Below, in pieces: positions 38,546 through 49,987 of a stretch of DNA of 57,697 bases; positions within the stretch are counted from its first letter, which is position 1, and the number at the start of each line of letters is the position of its first letter. Source of the stretch: Hydractinia symbiolongicarpus (lineage: Eukaryota); assembly GCF_029227915.1 (NCBI RefSeq), contig NC_079879.1:12260720-12318416 (forward strand). The letters are read 5' to 3'. A model generated the notes under the pieces. The model was not told the origin of the DNA and did not search any database. It saw nothing but the letters and a program-made list of their open reading frames with translations. Made by a program: the position numbers and the translations under genes.

Positions 38546-41534
38546 GTCAATACGAGACTTCCCAGTAGTTAAGGAGCTTGGGTACGAAGTTTACATCTGT
38601 AACGGAGCAACGTGAAATCCCAGGGTCGATTTTTTCTCAAAAAATGCTCCGAAAGAAAAAAACGACGGTTTTAAAGAATTTCCTATGCCTTCGGGCGCGG
38701 AAATTCAAAAAGAAAAAATACATCTCGATACTAACAAAGGTCTTTCATATGAACCCAACTTGTATTTTTCGTGGGAGTTGAGCTGTAATAGAAACTCGTC
38801 GATCATTGTAACGTTATTTAAATGATTTTTTTGTATGAGATAAAATGCACCTATGTAAATGTTTCGATCATTTTTAGTCGTAATACCATAGTTTAAACAG
38901 AATCTATGGAAATTTAGACAATGGCTGAAAACCCTATATGTGACATTTACGCTGTCCCGAATATAAAGACGCGAAAAGGGGTCCAGGGGATGGGGATAGA
39001 CGAAAGTGAAATGTTTTTACCCACTTATGTGTTAACGGTACGCACTCTCGCTATTACATAAAAACAACGCAAAGCTGAAACTGTTTTACGACCAATACCC
39101 ATTGAAACTTTGATATTCTCTGGGTTGAAATGAAATTCACTCACACTCTAGTATATTCAGTGATTCGAAAAACATCTCCAGCTCCTTTCCTTCTAACTAA
39201 CAGCACGAAACCAAGATTGTCTTCATGACTTTTTTTTTAAAATTTTGAAAACCCAAAGCCTGTTTTGTTGTTCATTATGATAAATACACCTCCACAATCA
39301 CACAAAGCCATAAATGCTTTGTTGAGGTTGAAAAGTAGAAACCAATTCAACTTTTCATCACGACGAAAATTGCGACCAATCAAATTTGAGTATTTATGTC
39401 CTGTGGAGATTCGCTTTTACACACATTTTCCCGGTGGAATATCACGTGGCACAACTTTCGGTTGAGGAAAAATATTATTATTCAATCAGAAATAAAAACA
39501 AAATGAACATGAGAAAAAGAGCATAGACAAAGCAGTCAAATAATCGTACGAAAGTCTTGAGTTGTGAAAACGTATTGAACGGCATTAGGATAAACACATT
39601 TTCGTCCCCAGAGCTCTTGGAGATTAACACCTAAGTTTATCTCAAAGACCTCTGAAATCAAGAATGGGCCAAACACTCACAAAGAAGCTTTTATTAAACA
39701 AAAACTAAACAAGTATCTAAATTAAACTAAAGCTAAACTATCATAAACTCACCTAACACTGCAAGAAGCCCTGGTGGCTCTAAGAATTTCCGCTTACTAC
39801 CAAAATATTTGAGGACTTGCGAATTTGATGTTATCGTGCCAAACATTTGAAGCTCAGAAGATCGTAATTATCTCAAATATGCGGTTAAGTCCATATAAAA
39901 ACGACTGGAAAAAATGAGGCGTTCGATTTGTTGCCTCGCTCAACTTAGCTAGACGCACACATTTTAAATGCATTCCGGAGTAATATACACCAACCTTGCA
40001 CCAAACGGGGTAACCCTGGCAACCGGGGGATCAAGTTCTAGGGCCGGATTTATTCGGAACCTGCGTGAGCAAATTTAAGCATTTTGCCGCAAACTGTTGC
40101 GCCAATCAAAATCAAACTTTTGTTTAAATCAAGTTTGTCGTCGTGTGAAACTTACCATGACTTAGAAAAAGTAAAGTCCCGGAAACTTGCTATTGTTGTC
40201 CTTTTTTAGAGAGCACTTCTTGGGAAGTAGGTTGTGTTCACTATTGACGAATACCATCCATAGGTCCAATGTAGAGTTTACAATGCTAGTACTGCGTCGG
40301 TCTAAAATGTGTTTGCTTATATAAAAAAAACGTACCTTCATGTCAAATTTCGCGATTTCGCATATTTTTCTATAAATTGTGAAATTAACAGTCAGTTTTT
40401 GTTAACTGCGAAATTCCAGAATTACTAAAGTGGAAAAAGTGGAAGATAAACTTTTGGTCTTTCAAATGTCTACTTACCTCAAGGGGAGAAACTTTCGCGA
40501 GTCGAAAAAAATGAATTTCGCGAATTGACGAGTTTATAAGGTTTCGCGGGTATTCATTTATTTGTGAATAGAAGATTTTACAAATATTAGGAGCTATTTA
40601 ATTTTAAAATTTCTAGTTTTGAGGTACAAAACATCGATGAACCTTATGATTATTTGCGAAAATGTAAAAAATTCAGTGCTGCAAATATTTTTGATAATGC
40701 GATTTCAGGTAAGTTGCAATCATTTTTGTCTGCATTAATTCTTCGGTAGGGGCGTTTCTCAATAACAAATACTCAAACATAGATAAGATCTTTTAGATAA
40801 GATATTTTCCTATAAATAATGGAAAAATGTATAAATATTAACAAAATTATTAAAGAGTACACAATCAAAAGGAGAAAGAATGAATGAAAGAAAAGAAAAC
40901 AATAAAGAATAAAGCTGTGTTTATTGTTGAACATTTATTATCTATGTTAAATCTAATCCTGTTTTTCTGAAATAGAGTTGTGACTTTGGTTCCAGTCTTT
41001 CGCTGTACTGTCATGAGCGGTGGTCGCAACAAGATTACTTAGATGATTTTTGAGGGGTGGTGTAAACCTTTGTATGTGTATTATATATATGTAGCTAGCT
41101 AGCTATGTATATATGTAGCTATACTCTGAAACAATTTAGATGTCGTGGAAATATTAGCTAGCTACTATTTACTGCTTTCACTTCAGTTATCTCTTATTAT
41201 TTACTCATTAGGTGATAGGTTAGGTCTGGATAATTTGCACCAAGAGAATGAGTACTCACATTGACTTCATTCTCATTTTCATGGATGTCAAACAATCAAC
41301 TGTTTGCTACACAACAAAACAATGAAGGACCCGGGGTCGATTTTTTCTCAAAATATGCTCTAAAAGAAAAAAACGACGGTTTTAAAGAATTAAAGATTCA
41401 GTGAAAAACTCAGCCCTTACTTATGAAGAGGTTACCGGTGAATCGCGAGTTTTCCCTTAAGTCATAATGGCTATCCTGAAAAACACGGACCTGTAATTGG
41501 TTTAAAAGTATCGCCTGACATTTACCGATCGGGA

Positions 41535-41583
41535 TTTATTCTATTAGATGGAGCAGAGAGGGTGCTCCATCTAATAGAATAAA
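41535..41583. repeat. 21-bp-stem perfect hairpin palindrome (attattctattagatggagca-GAGAGGG-tgctccatctaatagaataat)
   Basis: Read directly. Confidence 0.6.
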
Positions 41584-41948
41584 AGGTAGCAATGCTTTAT
41601 GGGTAAATTATTAAAGTTGGTAAAGTATTCTAAAAATATATATATATAAAAATAACGCCAATACATAACAATAATTCAATATGTTTTTTAATTATATGTG
41701 TCATTTTTCGTAGTTGTTATCGATATATGTAGCAGTTTGTTTTTTATGTTAAAATCACGGCGATATAGTGTTTATACACATTGTAAAAGAACGATTTTTA
41801 CCGTTCAAGAGATCAATAGAAAATAAATAAAAAAATAACACGTGCCGTGTAAGCGAAAGCACCATCTGCTATAACGAAAGAAGGAATCACACTTCACCTG
41901 CAGAACAATTTTACAAAACATGCTAATTTCAATTTCATTTTTCAAATC

Positions 41949-42830
41949 ATGGCAACCTATTTTGTGTTCTGGTCTTACATTTCATGGCTCAAGTTTGTAC
42001 CTATTTCTATCGTGAACGCTGTGCTTATTGTGAGTGTGCTGCGGAAGCGAACTCTACGTTGCGAAACATCAAGCGTATACTTGTTATGTTTATTAATTGC
42101 GCACTTCCTGGTTGGTTTATGGGGACTTTTAGAAGCTATTCTATTCTCCATCACAAAAACTTTATCGCAGTTGGAAGAAGATGTAACAGCACGAGGGGTT
42201 AGTATCAGTATCTATATTGGGATTCAATGTTATACATTTTCGGCACTTGTGTTGGTGACCATGGATAGACACTTAGCTGTCCATAACCCCTTGAAGTATC
42301 AGTTTATCTCAGCAAGATTTATTGTTATATCGATAATTTTATCCTTATTTCCATCCATCTTGTTTACAGCTTTAATGCTCATACCAGGAGAGCAGCATTC
42401 GTCAGCAATTTTTTGTGTGCTCTCCCTCATCGGTTCTGTTTTTATCGTTTTTGTGAATGTTAAAGTTTATTTGACTGCGCGGTCACACTTTCGAAACATA
42501 AAAAAGGATAGTGTTGCGGAGGATGAAACACAAAGCGTTCTCTTGAAGAAAAGGCTGATGCGACGCCAGCAAAAGTCATTGGTTATTACACTTCTTTTGG
42601 TTGCGACTTTCATTATCGCATGGCTTCCTAGCTACGTGCATCTATTCATAGCTGCCACAGGAAACACAGTACCTGATTACGTCATCGTTATATCATTCGC
42701 CATACTTTCACTCAACTCCCTTGTCGATCCATTTATTTATATCTTCTTAAATGGAAAGTTAAAGCGAGCTGTCAAAAGTTTGTTTTGTAAGCAGATCGAA
42801 ATTCGCGAAGAAACACACTATACAAAATGA
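41949..42830 (+). CDS. Rhodopsin-like (class A) orphan GPCR, intronless, 293 aa
   Basis: Seven hydrophobic segments; a DRY-variant 'MDRHLAVHNPLKY' after TM3; 'AWLPSY' in TM6; the NPxxY variant 'NSLVDPFIYIFL' in TM7, followed by a basic helix-8 'NGKLKRAVKSLF'. ATG at 41949. Confidence 0.8.
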   Translation: MATYFVFWSYISWLKFVPISIVNAVLIVSVLRKRTLRCETSSVYLLCLLIAHFLVGLWGLLEAILFSITKTLSQLEEDVTARGVSISIYIGIQCYTFSALVLVTMDRHLAVHNPLKYQFISARFIVISIILSLFPSILFTALMLIPGEQHSSAIFCVLSLIGSVFIVFVNVKVYLTARSHFRNIKKDSVAEDETQSVLLKKRLMRRQQKSLVITLLLVATFIIAWLPSYVHLFIAATGNTVPDYVIVISFAILSLNSLVDPFIYIFLNGKLKRAVKSLFCKQIEIREETHYTK

Positions 42831-43811
42831 CTGCATAAAGTAAATTCAGCTGTATTCTGAGAGACAAATTTTTCTAGAATCACTAACAAAAACTTTGAGA
42901 CTTGCAGATGTGTTTAATAGGAATTTTGATGGGTAGTGTAAAAATGTATTGGCAACCTCGGAAAAGAAGAAAAATCTCGCCCCCGCCCTCCTTCCACCCC
43001 CGCCAATTTTAACCGACGGAATTTCATTTTGAATTTCATTTAATTTAGGTTTTTAATGAATTTAGGTGGGAAACGGTTATGTCGCCAAAGGAGACCCTGA
43101 GAACGAGCCAGGCTAACAAAACCCCTCCCCCATAACTTCCAAACACCATATTTAGTTAGCTTTTTTACAGTCAAAATGTTTTTGGTATGACGTCATGCTG
43201 ACACCCTTGTTAACGCAGGTGAAGAATATTCGGCTATTTTTTTTTTGAAATATCTTTATTACTAGTTCTAATTTTTTGTTAAACACGCATCATATAAAAC
43301 ATTTATTTTGATTGTAGTGGCGGCTTCTCCCTGTGTAACATGTGCTCTGGGTGTGCTTTAGCTCTAATACTCTTAGTGTAGAACTTTTCCGTTTTCAACA
43401 AAGCTTAGCATAGTATACAAAGAAAAGGATTCTTAATTGTATGATGGTGGTATCGGAGCCGATCCGAAGGCCTATCCTATAGCAGTTTTTTTTATTTCAC
43501 TCTCAATTTAAAGAAACTTATCAGACGAATTAAATTCTGCCAAATTTAGTTTTCCTCAAAAATTCCCTTTCCTCATCTAAACGCTCTAATTTTTGTGACT
43601 TTTCACACACACAAAATATATACATATAAAAAAAGTTTATCAAAAAACCTACCATATTGCATGAAATTAACAGTCAATAAATTCAAGCCTTTTATAAAAG
43701 GTTAGCGAAAAAAATACAGATATCGTGCGATTTATCTGTTTTGTGATCTAAAAAAGCTATAGTTCATTGTCAGTAGGGAATAGTCTACGTTTTAGTTTAA
43801 GTTGGTCAATT

Positions 43812-43895
43812 CTTTAAAGAAACATATACATGGTCGTTCAGCATATATATTTTTTTGGTTATATGCTGAACGACCATGTATATGTTTCTTTAAAG
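43812..43895. repeat. 84-bp perfect palindrome (36-bp arms 'ctttaaagaaacatatacatggtcgttcagcatata', 12-bp spacer)
   Basis: The arms are exact reverse complements. Confidence 0.75.
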
Positions 43896-44561
43896 TATTA
43901 ATATACGTTCACATGAACATGTCATTTAAAAAGTTGGTCAATTGTTGAAAAAGTTTTTCTATGTCGTTGTCAAGGAATTTGTTCCATAGTTTGGGTCCCC
44001 TACTAGTAAAAGAGTTGTGTGTTGTAAATACCAAAAGATTGTTTAAATTACTCTTGGAATCACTGTTTTCAAGTTTGAAAAGAAATATAACAGTCCAAAA
44101 AACGTTTTCCAAATACAAAAATTAGTCTCCAGTAACACCAATGACCCATTCCCATACATTGCCTTATGGAAGCATAAACGAATATAAAGAATTAAATTCA
44201 AAGAAGCAATCAAAAAATTGGTGCCATTTCAAAAGAATGTATATTTGGATCAATCTCAAGCTTTTTCCTGCCGATATATTCAAAATATATATGCAAAAAA
44301 ATAAAATAGAAAAAAATAAATACATGTTAAGTTATCTTCTCCTGACTTTGATTTTAGGTTTAAGAAGACATTTTATGGATAAACCTTGTTCCCAGGGCTT
44401 TTCCCGGCGTGAGATATGTAAAAGACAACAGGTCCTGAGATAGAGGCTGAACATGATAACTGAATTTTTTAAGAAAAGATCCAACGACTCTCTGTACAAC
44501 TAGAGAAACATGTCTATAGGCAACCTCGTTACCAAAGCTTGTTGTCCCTTTTTTATTATGA

Positions 44562-44720
44562 GATTAAGACCGTCCCCACTGTCAGAAAAGATACAAGATC
44601 CTTGGGATGTGGTTAATTCATATAAAGTGCGCTTCCTTCAACCTCGTTACTTAGGCATTCTGTCGTTGGTCATTCTGTAATAACGGCTCAGGGGCCACAA
44701 GACCCTGGGGAGGAAGTTAC
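44562..44720. repeat. Fragments of two dispersed repeat families just upstream of the virus-like element
   Basis: 44562-44612 'ccgtccccactgtcagaaaagatacaagatccttgggatgtggtt' matches the right TIR of 27203-28312. 44683-44715 'taataacggctcaggggccacaagaccct' matches 17290-17325 'ataataacggttcaggggcccacaaaaccct'. Confidence 0.5.
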
Positions 44721-45004
44721 GCTTCCTTGGATAACTTCAAAATAAGCTTCATCAAATGGAAGATAAATTAAATAATCATAGCAGAAATCAAGGAATAAAT
44801 TTCTGTATTCTAAAAATGATTTTTGCGTTTTAAAATATTCGTGTAGTTTTGCGTTCAATAGGTTAAATGGGAGCAATATCTGCGTTTTCTGATAGTAGTA
44901 GTAGGGAGTGATTATAATCAGGTTTTCGCTCCTTCCACACCTTTACCCCCAAAAACCCCGCTTTCACCATTTCCACCACCACCTCATCCCAAAATAGAAA
45001 AATC

Positions 45005-45125
45005 ATATGACGTCATCAACACATAATCATATTCATATGCCAATAACCAACACATAATAATAGATACCAGAAATACATGACATCATCAACGCATGCGCAA
45101 TAGCATATATGCTATATATAAGGGA
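45005..45125 (+). promoter_or_regulatory. Left terminal region: duplicated 'CATGAC(G/A)TCATCAAC(A/G)CAT' motifs (45005-45025, 45076-45095) resembling the adenovirus ITR core CATCATCAAT, followed by a TATA box 'TATATATAAGGG' (45113-45125)
   Basis: Read directly. The first copy contains the perfect palindrome ATGACGTCAT and the second contains 'CATCATCAAC'. Both lie ~100-200 bp upstream of the first ORF of the element. Confidence 0.5.
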
Positions 45126-45203
45126 AATTCCCTGAAATATTCAATCCTTGACCAAACCCAAAAAAAAAGTGCTGGTTGAAATTGAAATCTACCTATAATA
45201 AAG

Positions 45204-46073
45204 ATGAGTTGGTTCAAAAATGCAATCAGTAAAATATATAATATCGTGTCGGCACCAGTAGCGGCAACTCGCGAAGCTATCACTAAACAACTAAGGAGCG
45301 TGCGGGATACCGTTAGTTACTATTATAACAAGGCCAGGGATCAATTTTCAGGAACACCAACTCTCTACGATGAGGTTCAACGGGCCACCATCGAAGATGA
45401 ACATGAAGGAATTGAGGACCTCAAACACATGTTTGGGAAAGAATCTAAGCATGCCACCAACACGGAAGTGATCCAGGATATTCAGAACATTTTTGATGAT
45501 GACGCAGAAATGATAGAAGACGAAAACCGCATCAAAACATGGAGGTTCAACAAAAACCTTAACCAGCCATTGACAGATACCATTATGCGAAAAATCACAC
45601 CACACGTAGACATGTGTGTGAAGGTGGTATACAGCTTTGGCTGTGATATTTACAGAGACGGTGGAGATGTTGCAAATTATCACAAAACCAAGAGCTCCAG
45701 GTCACTATCAATCGAGGCTTTCATCGATGAATGTGAGATGAAACGCCTTGATTTGGAAGATGCGGAGTTTTGGACGAAAGCCTATTTACCACCAGACAGA
45801 ACCATCGAGACCCCAGGAGCATATGAAGGTAAAATAATATTCAAGCACATGCAGATCAAGATAATTTCTACGGGGGAGCCCCTACTTGGATATGCCCCAT
45901 TACCAGATTGGTTGCGCGGAAAAAGGTGCATTTATAGCTTTGACAAGACGGACGAGAGAACAGACAGCTTGTGCTTCTGCAGATGCCTAGCTGTTCATTA
46001 CCGGGAAGAGCGAAAGCAATGCGAAAAGTTCCTCACAAGGTCAGCTTTCAAACTGGCTCGTGAATACTACTAG
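45204..46073 (+). CDS. N-terminal ORF (289 aa) of the pPolB region; possible terminal-protein-like or N-terminal domain of the polymerase, or a separate gene
   Basis: ATG at 45204 in the context 'cctataataaagATGagt'. It is in the same frame as the next pPolB fragment (46257) but separated by two in-frame stops. No motif was recognised. Confidence 0.4.
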   Translation: MSWFKNAISKIYNIVSAPVAATREAITKQLRSVRDTVSYYYNKARDQFSGTPTLYDEVQRATIEDEHEGIEDLKHMFGKESKHATNTEVIQDIQNIFDDDAEMIEDENRIKTWRFNKNLNQPLTDTIMRKITPHVDMCVKVVYSFGCDIYRDGGDVANYHKTKSSRSLSIEAFIDECEMKRLDLEDAEFWTKAYLPPDRTIETPGAYEGKIIFKHMQIKIISTGEPLLGYAPLPDWLRGKRCIYSFDKTDERTDSLCFCRCLAVHYREERKQCEKFLTRSAFKLAREYY

Positions 46074-46256
46074 GACCCCAAGCTAAAGAGGGAAGAAGTA
46101 CGTGCTACGAGGCTCTTAGACCTGGAAGGTATCGCTACAAAATTCAAAATTAACATAAGAGTATTTGAACCAAAAACAAACTCCGACAAGGCCCCATGAC
46201 GTCTCGACTATGGTCAAAATCAATACAAAGAAGACTTAGACAAGATCAATATTGGT

Positions 46257-49004
46257 ATGCTACATGGTCATTGTTTCTATATCAAAAAGATGGATGTATT
46301 GACGCAGCATTGGGAATGCGAGGTTTGTACACAAAGATTTACCAGATCCGAAAATCTCACACGACACAAGAATAACGAATGCGAAGGCATCAAGACCAAG
46401 ATCATTTGCAAAAGTGAAAAGGTCGAGCGCATGCAGAGTAGCTCTGAAAAGGTATTCTGTCCCGATAAAGGGTTCAGTTACGCGGCATGCCAATGGATTG
46501 AGGCCATGTCAGAGCAAACAGGCCGACATATACACCACGCGATTTGTGGAAATGGAAGAAACGTGTGATACGCGATGGTATTAAGGAAGTTTATAGGGTA
46601 GATGGGTATGATCTTTGTACGAAGACAGTATACGAATACCACGGTTGCAAATGGCATGGATGTCCATGTCAACCACAGCGAACCAACACCGATAAAAATA
46701 ATTTCAATCGTACCAAATTTAAAAAAGGCCACATCAAAAAACTAGGGTACAATCTTGTCACTGCATGGAAGTGTGAAGATCCTCCCAAGGCTAACAGGTT
46801 ATTTAAGAAAGAATTTCGACCCTATCCCCATTTCATCGTTTTTAACTTCGAGGCCCTCCGGGCACCATTGAATCAGTAGCCCACGTACGATAGCCTACAG
46901 AAACATCCAACATTCATCATGAATGAAAGGTGCTTGTGCAAAAATTCGTCGAACAATTGGAGCAGAGACATATCCGTATTGTCCAAGAAGTCGAACGTAT
47001 ATATCCCAAGCCGGATGATTTTGATATGCTCCCGGAACAAACCCAAAATGCTTGGCTTGAATGGGTAAATCAAGTGATGGTGATAGGCTTTAACAGTGGC
47101 AAGTACGATATAAACCTGATAAAGCGGTATTTTGTCGAACGAATTGCGGATGATAATAATGTTAAAGTGGCGAAAAAGACAACGACTACATGTTTCTAAC
47201 CACATCGAGGTTCAAATTTATCGAAATTAAGAATTTTCTCGCACCAGGCTTGAGTTATGAAAAATGGTGCAAGTCGCTGGATTATGATCTCGAGAAGCTC
47301 GTGTTCCCATACGAATGGCTAACATGCTATGAAAAGTTGAACCATGTGGGCCCAGTCGATCATGAGGCATTTTATAGCACTCTCAGTGGTAAAAACACCC
47401 TATCACTTGAAGATTACCAGGCTTTCCGGGATGAGTTTTTTAAAAGAGAATGCGTGACGATGCTGGATTGGTTAGCCGAATACAATCTGGCGGACGTAAT
47501 ACCATTTATCGAGGCCGTCGACAAGACCTACAACACGTACTACGAGGATGAGATTGACATTCTAAAAGATGCCGTGAGCATTCCAGGTGTGTCGATGCGG
47601 TACGTTCTGAACAAGTCTCTGCGGTTGAACCATGATATAAATCTTTTTGCACCGGGTGATCCATGTAAGCATAAATGTGAGGCTCATTGTACCAAAGCCT
47701 TATGCAAAGCATGCAAGGAGGTTCAAAAAGATTGTACATCTTGTACAAAGAACAAGGCGTATGAGCTCCTGCAAATTGGCATGGTAGGTGGCCCTGCGAT
47801 CGTATTCTGCAGGTACCACGAGAGGGATGTGACGGGTATTCGCTCACATATTTATACCGAACCAAAAAAATGCAAGACAATACTCGGGTATGATGCCAAC
47901 ATGCTCTACCCAAGCACACTACTACAGGATTTCCCTTGTGGGAAGGAGAAGCTGGTAAAAATGGCAGACCCTGCTGAAAAAATAGATGATCTGGTGCAAG
48001 ACATTCTTGATGAATCGCTCTTCGGGTTTGCACAAGTTGATATTGAAGTGCCTACTGAGTTGTACGAAAAATTCAGCGAGATGTCACCGTTATTTTTGGT
48101 TAGAGAGATGACAATCAAATCCCTCAGCATATGCACGATTATTTGACCAAGACAGAGCGAAAACGTATCCCGGGTACTAAAAAGCTGTTGGGAGTGATGA
48201 AAGCTGAGAAGATTCTGCTTTGTACGGACCTGCTTAAATGGTACCTGGGGCATGGGTTGAAGATTACGGCTTGTTATCAAATACTCAAATACAAACGCGG
48301 TAAGCCATTCGCGTGGTTCCCGGAAGAAATTGCGGATGCGCGGTGCCAGGCAGATAAGGACCCCGACAAGCGAGTATTTAGAAGAGATTGGAAATGCATA
48401 TGAAGTAAGGCGGAGTAAACAAGGCGTTTCCATTAATAGAGCGTATCAATGTCGAATCCTAGTATATCAATTAGCTAAATTGCGGATGCTTCAATTCTAT
48501 TACGACTTCCTTGATAACTACGTAGATCGACGAAATTTCGAATATATTTACGTGGATACGGACTCCACGTATTTTGCAATCTCTGGAGAAAACCTACGTG
48601 ATGATGTTCGTCCCGAATTAATCGAGCAGTACAATGAGGCAGTGCCTAATTGGCTCGTTACAGACAATCCCTCGAGTAGAACCGGAGGGTTATTCAAGGA
48701 GGAATTCATTGGGACCAGTATGTTTGCCCTAACAGCCGAGTGTTATTTCGTCGAGGGTCAAGATGATACGAAATTTTCTTGTAAGGGCATGTCAAAAAGA
48801 CAAAATGAGATAACATGGTCTAGATATATGGGAGCACCTAACAGAGATTTGGATACCACTAAAAAAGTGGGCTTCCGCGTATATAATGAGGGAATGGTGA
48901 CTTATAAACAAAACAAGCTTGGGCTATCGGCGAACGCAATAAATGCCACCATGGGAAACAGCATGGCCATTGTGGAAAAAGGAAAACCAATCGAAAGGCT
49001 ATAG
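46257..49004 (+). pseudogene. Protein-primed family-B DNA polymerase (pPolB), disrupted by multiple frameshifts and stops
   Basis: The fragments are 46257-46568 (f0, C2H2-like 'CEVCTQRFTRSENLTRHKNNEC'); 46544-46879 (f2, 'TVYEYHGCKWHGCPC' Cys/His motif); 46930-47199 (f1); 47190-48146 (f0, exonuclease/TPR region and motif A 'KTILGYDANMLYPSTLL'); 48131-48403 (f2, pre-motif B 'KRGKPFAWFPEEI'); 48330-49004 (f0, 'SKQGVSINRAYQ', motif C 'YIYVDTDSTYF', 'KGMSKRQ'). Confidence 0.8.
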
Positions 49005-49079
49005 ATTCATATCAGAGTAATTTAGCGCTTTATCCAAAGGTGTTGTGAGACACCCCCTTATACACAAAGCTGCAAATAA

Positions 49080-49691
49080 ATGGAGTTATTTTTACTGATA
49101 TCGATACTCCTCCCATACGTAGTAATCATTGCTTGTTTCTGTCGGTACAGACGTCTAATAAACATGGCTCAAGATTTATCGGAGATATTTGACGTAGTTG
49201 ACACTCCAGCCGAGGCTGTTGATCAACCTATAGATAAACGCAAAGCTCTGAAGGATATTTGTAAGTCAAAGCCTCAATTTTTAGCGAAAAAACATACTGA
49301 GGCATTCCTGGACAAAGCATCACCCGAGGTTATAGAAAAAATATACAATGACTGTACTGAACAAGAGTTGGTGGAAAAAGGGCAGAAGACTGCCTTGGCC
49401 CTTTCAACCCATGCGATAAGCTTGTACACTAAGCCAATAGGAAATATTGTACCGCTCGATAGTCCCGAAGGTCTGCGTCATGATTTAGAAAACGATCCTA
49501 TTATCCGCGAATCCATGGCTGATCTTGGGATCCTCGTCTATACAGCATTCGAGAAATTCCTCGCGCTTTTGTTGGTAGCGGCACATACCATTAATCACAC
49601 CCAGCTCTCAATGTCCAAGAGTGGTGACGAGCAGGTTGATGAAGAGAAAGAAAAGAATGGGAAACAGCCTATCGAAGATACACATGGGTAA
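49080..49691 (+). CDS. Hypothetical protein (203 aa) with an N-terminal hydrophobic segment and an acidic C-terminus; alternative ATG at 49164 ('ctaataaacATGgct')
   Basis: Intact ORF. The ATG at 49080 lies in the context 'gcaaataaATGgag'. Confidence 0.4.
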   Translation: MELFLLISILLPYVVIIACFCRYRRLINMAQDLSEIFDVVDTPAEAVDQPIDKRKALKDICKSKPQFLAKKHTEAFLDKASPEVIEKIYNDCTEQELVEKGQKTALALSTHAISLYTKPIGNIVPLDSPEGLRHDLENDPIIRESMADLGILVYTAFEKFLALLLVAAHTINHTQLSMSKSGDEQVDEEKEKNGKQPIEDTHG

Positions 49692-49938
49692 TCGTGAGTT
49701 GGTTGAACGGGTAAACCTGTTACTCACAGGCGGAAAAACAGCCTGCAGGTATACAGATATTACGGGGACGGGGGCTGTTTACGGGGACTGTGCACGTGGT
49801 ATAGAAATCCTGACACCTGTAGGAGATCGCTTCCCACCACAAGCATATGATTTAGTGGCAACTAAACATATGAATAGGGTTATGGTCGATGGTAGAAACG
49901 GTTTAAAGGCCACCAAGAGGAGGCCTTGTATGTTATGA
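49684..49938 (+). CDS. Small hypothetical protein ('MGNRELVERVNLLLTGGKTACRYTDITGTGAVYGDCARG...')
   Basis: The track ORF 49621-49938 starts at GTG and overlaps the previous ORF. The ATG at 49684 is the first after the stop of the upstream ORF. Confidence 0.25.
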   Translation: MGNRELVERVNLLLTGGKTACRYTDITGTGAVYGDCARGIEILTPVGDRFPPQAYDLVATKHMNRVMVDGRNGLKATKRRPCML

Positions 49939-49987
49939 AGATTAAGCTAGAGGGAAGTGATTTTATAACTCGTTGGAGTTATAAAAA

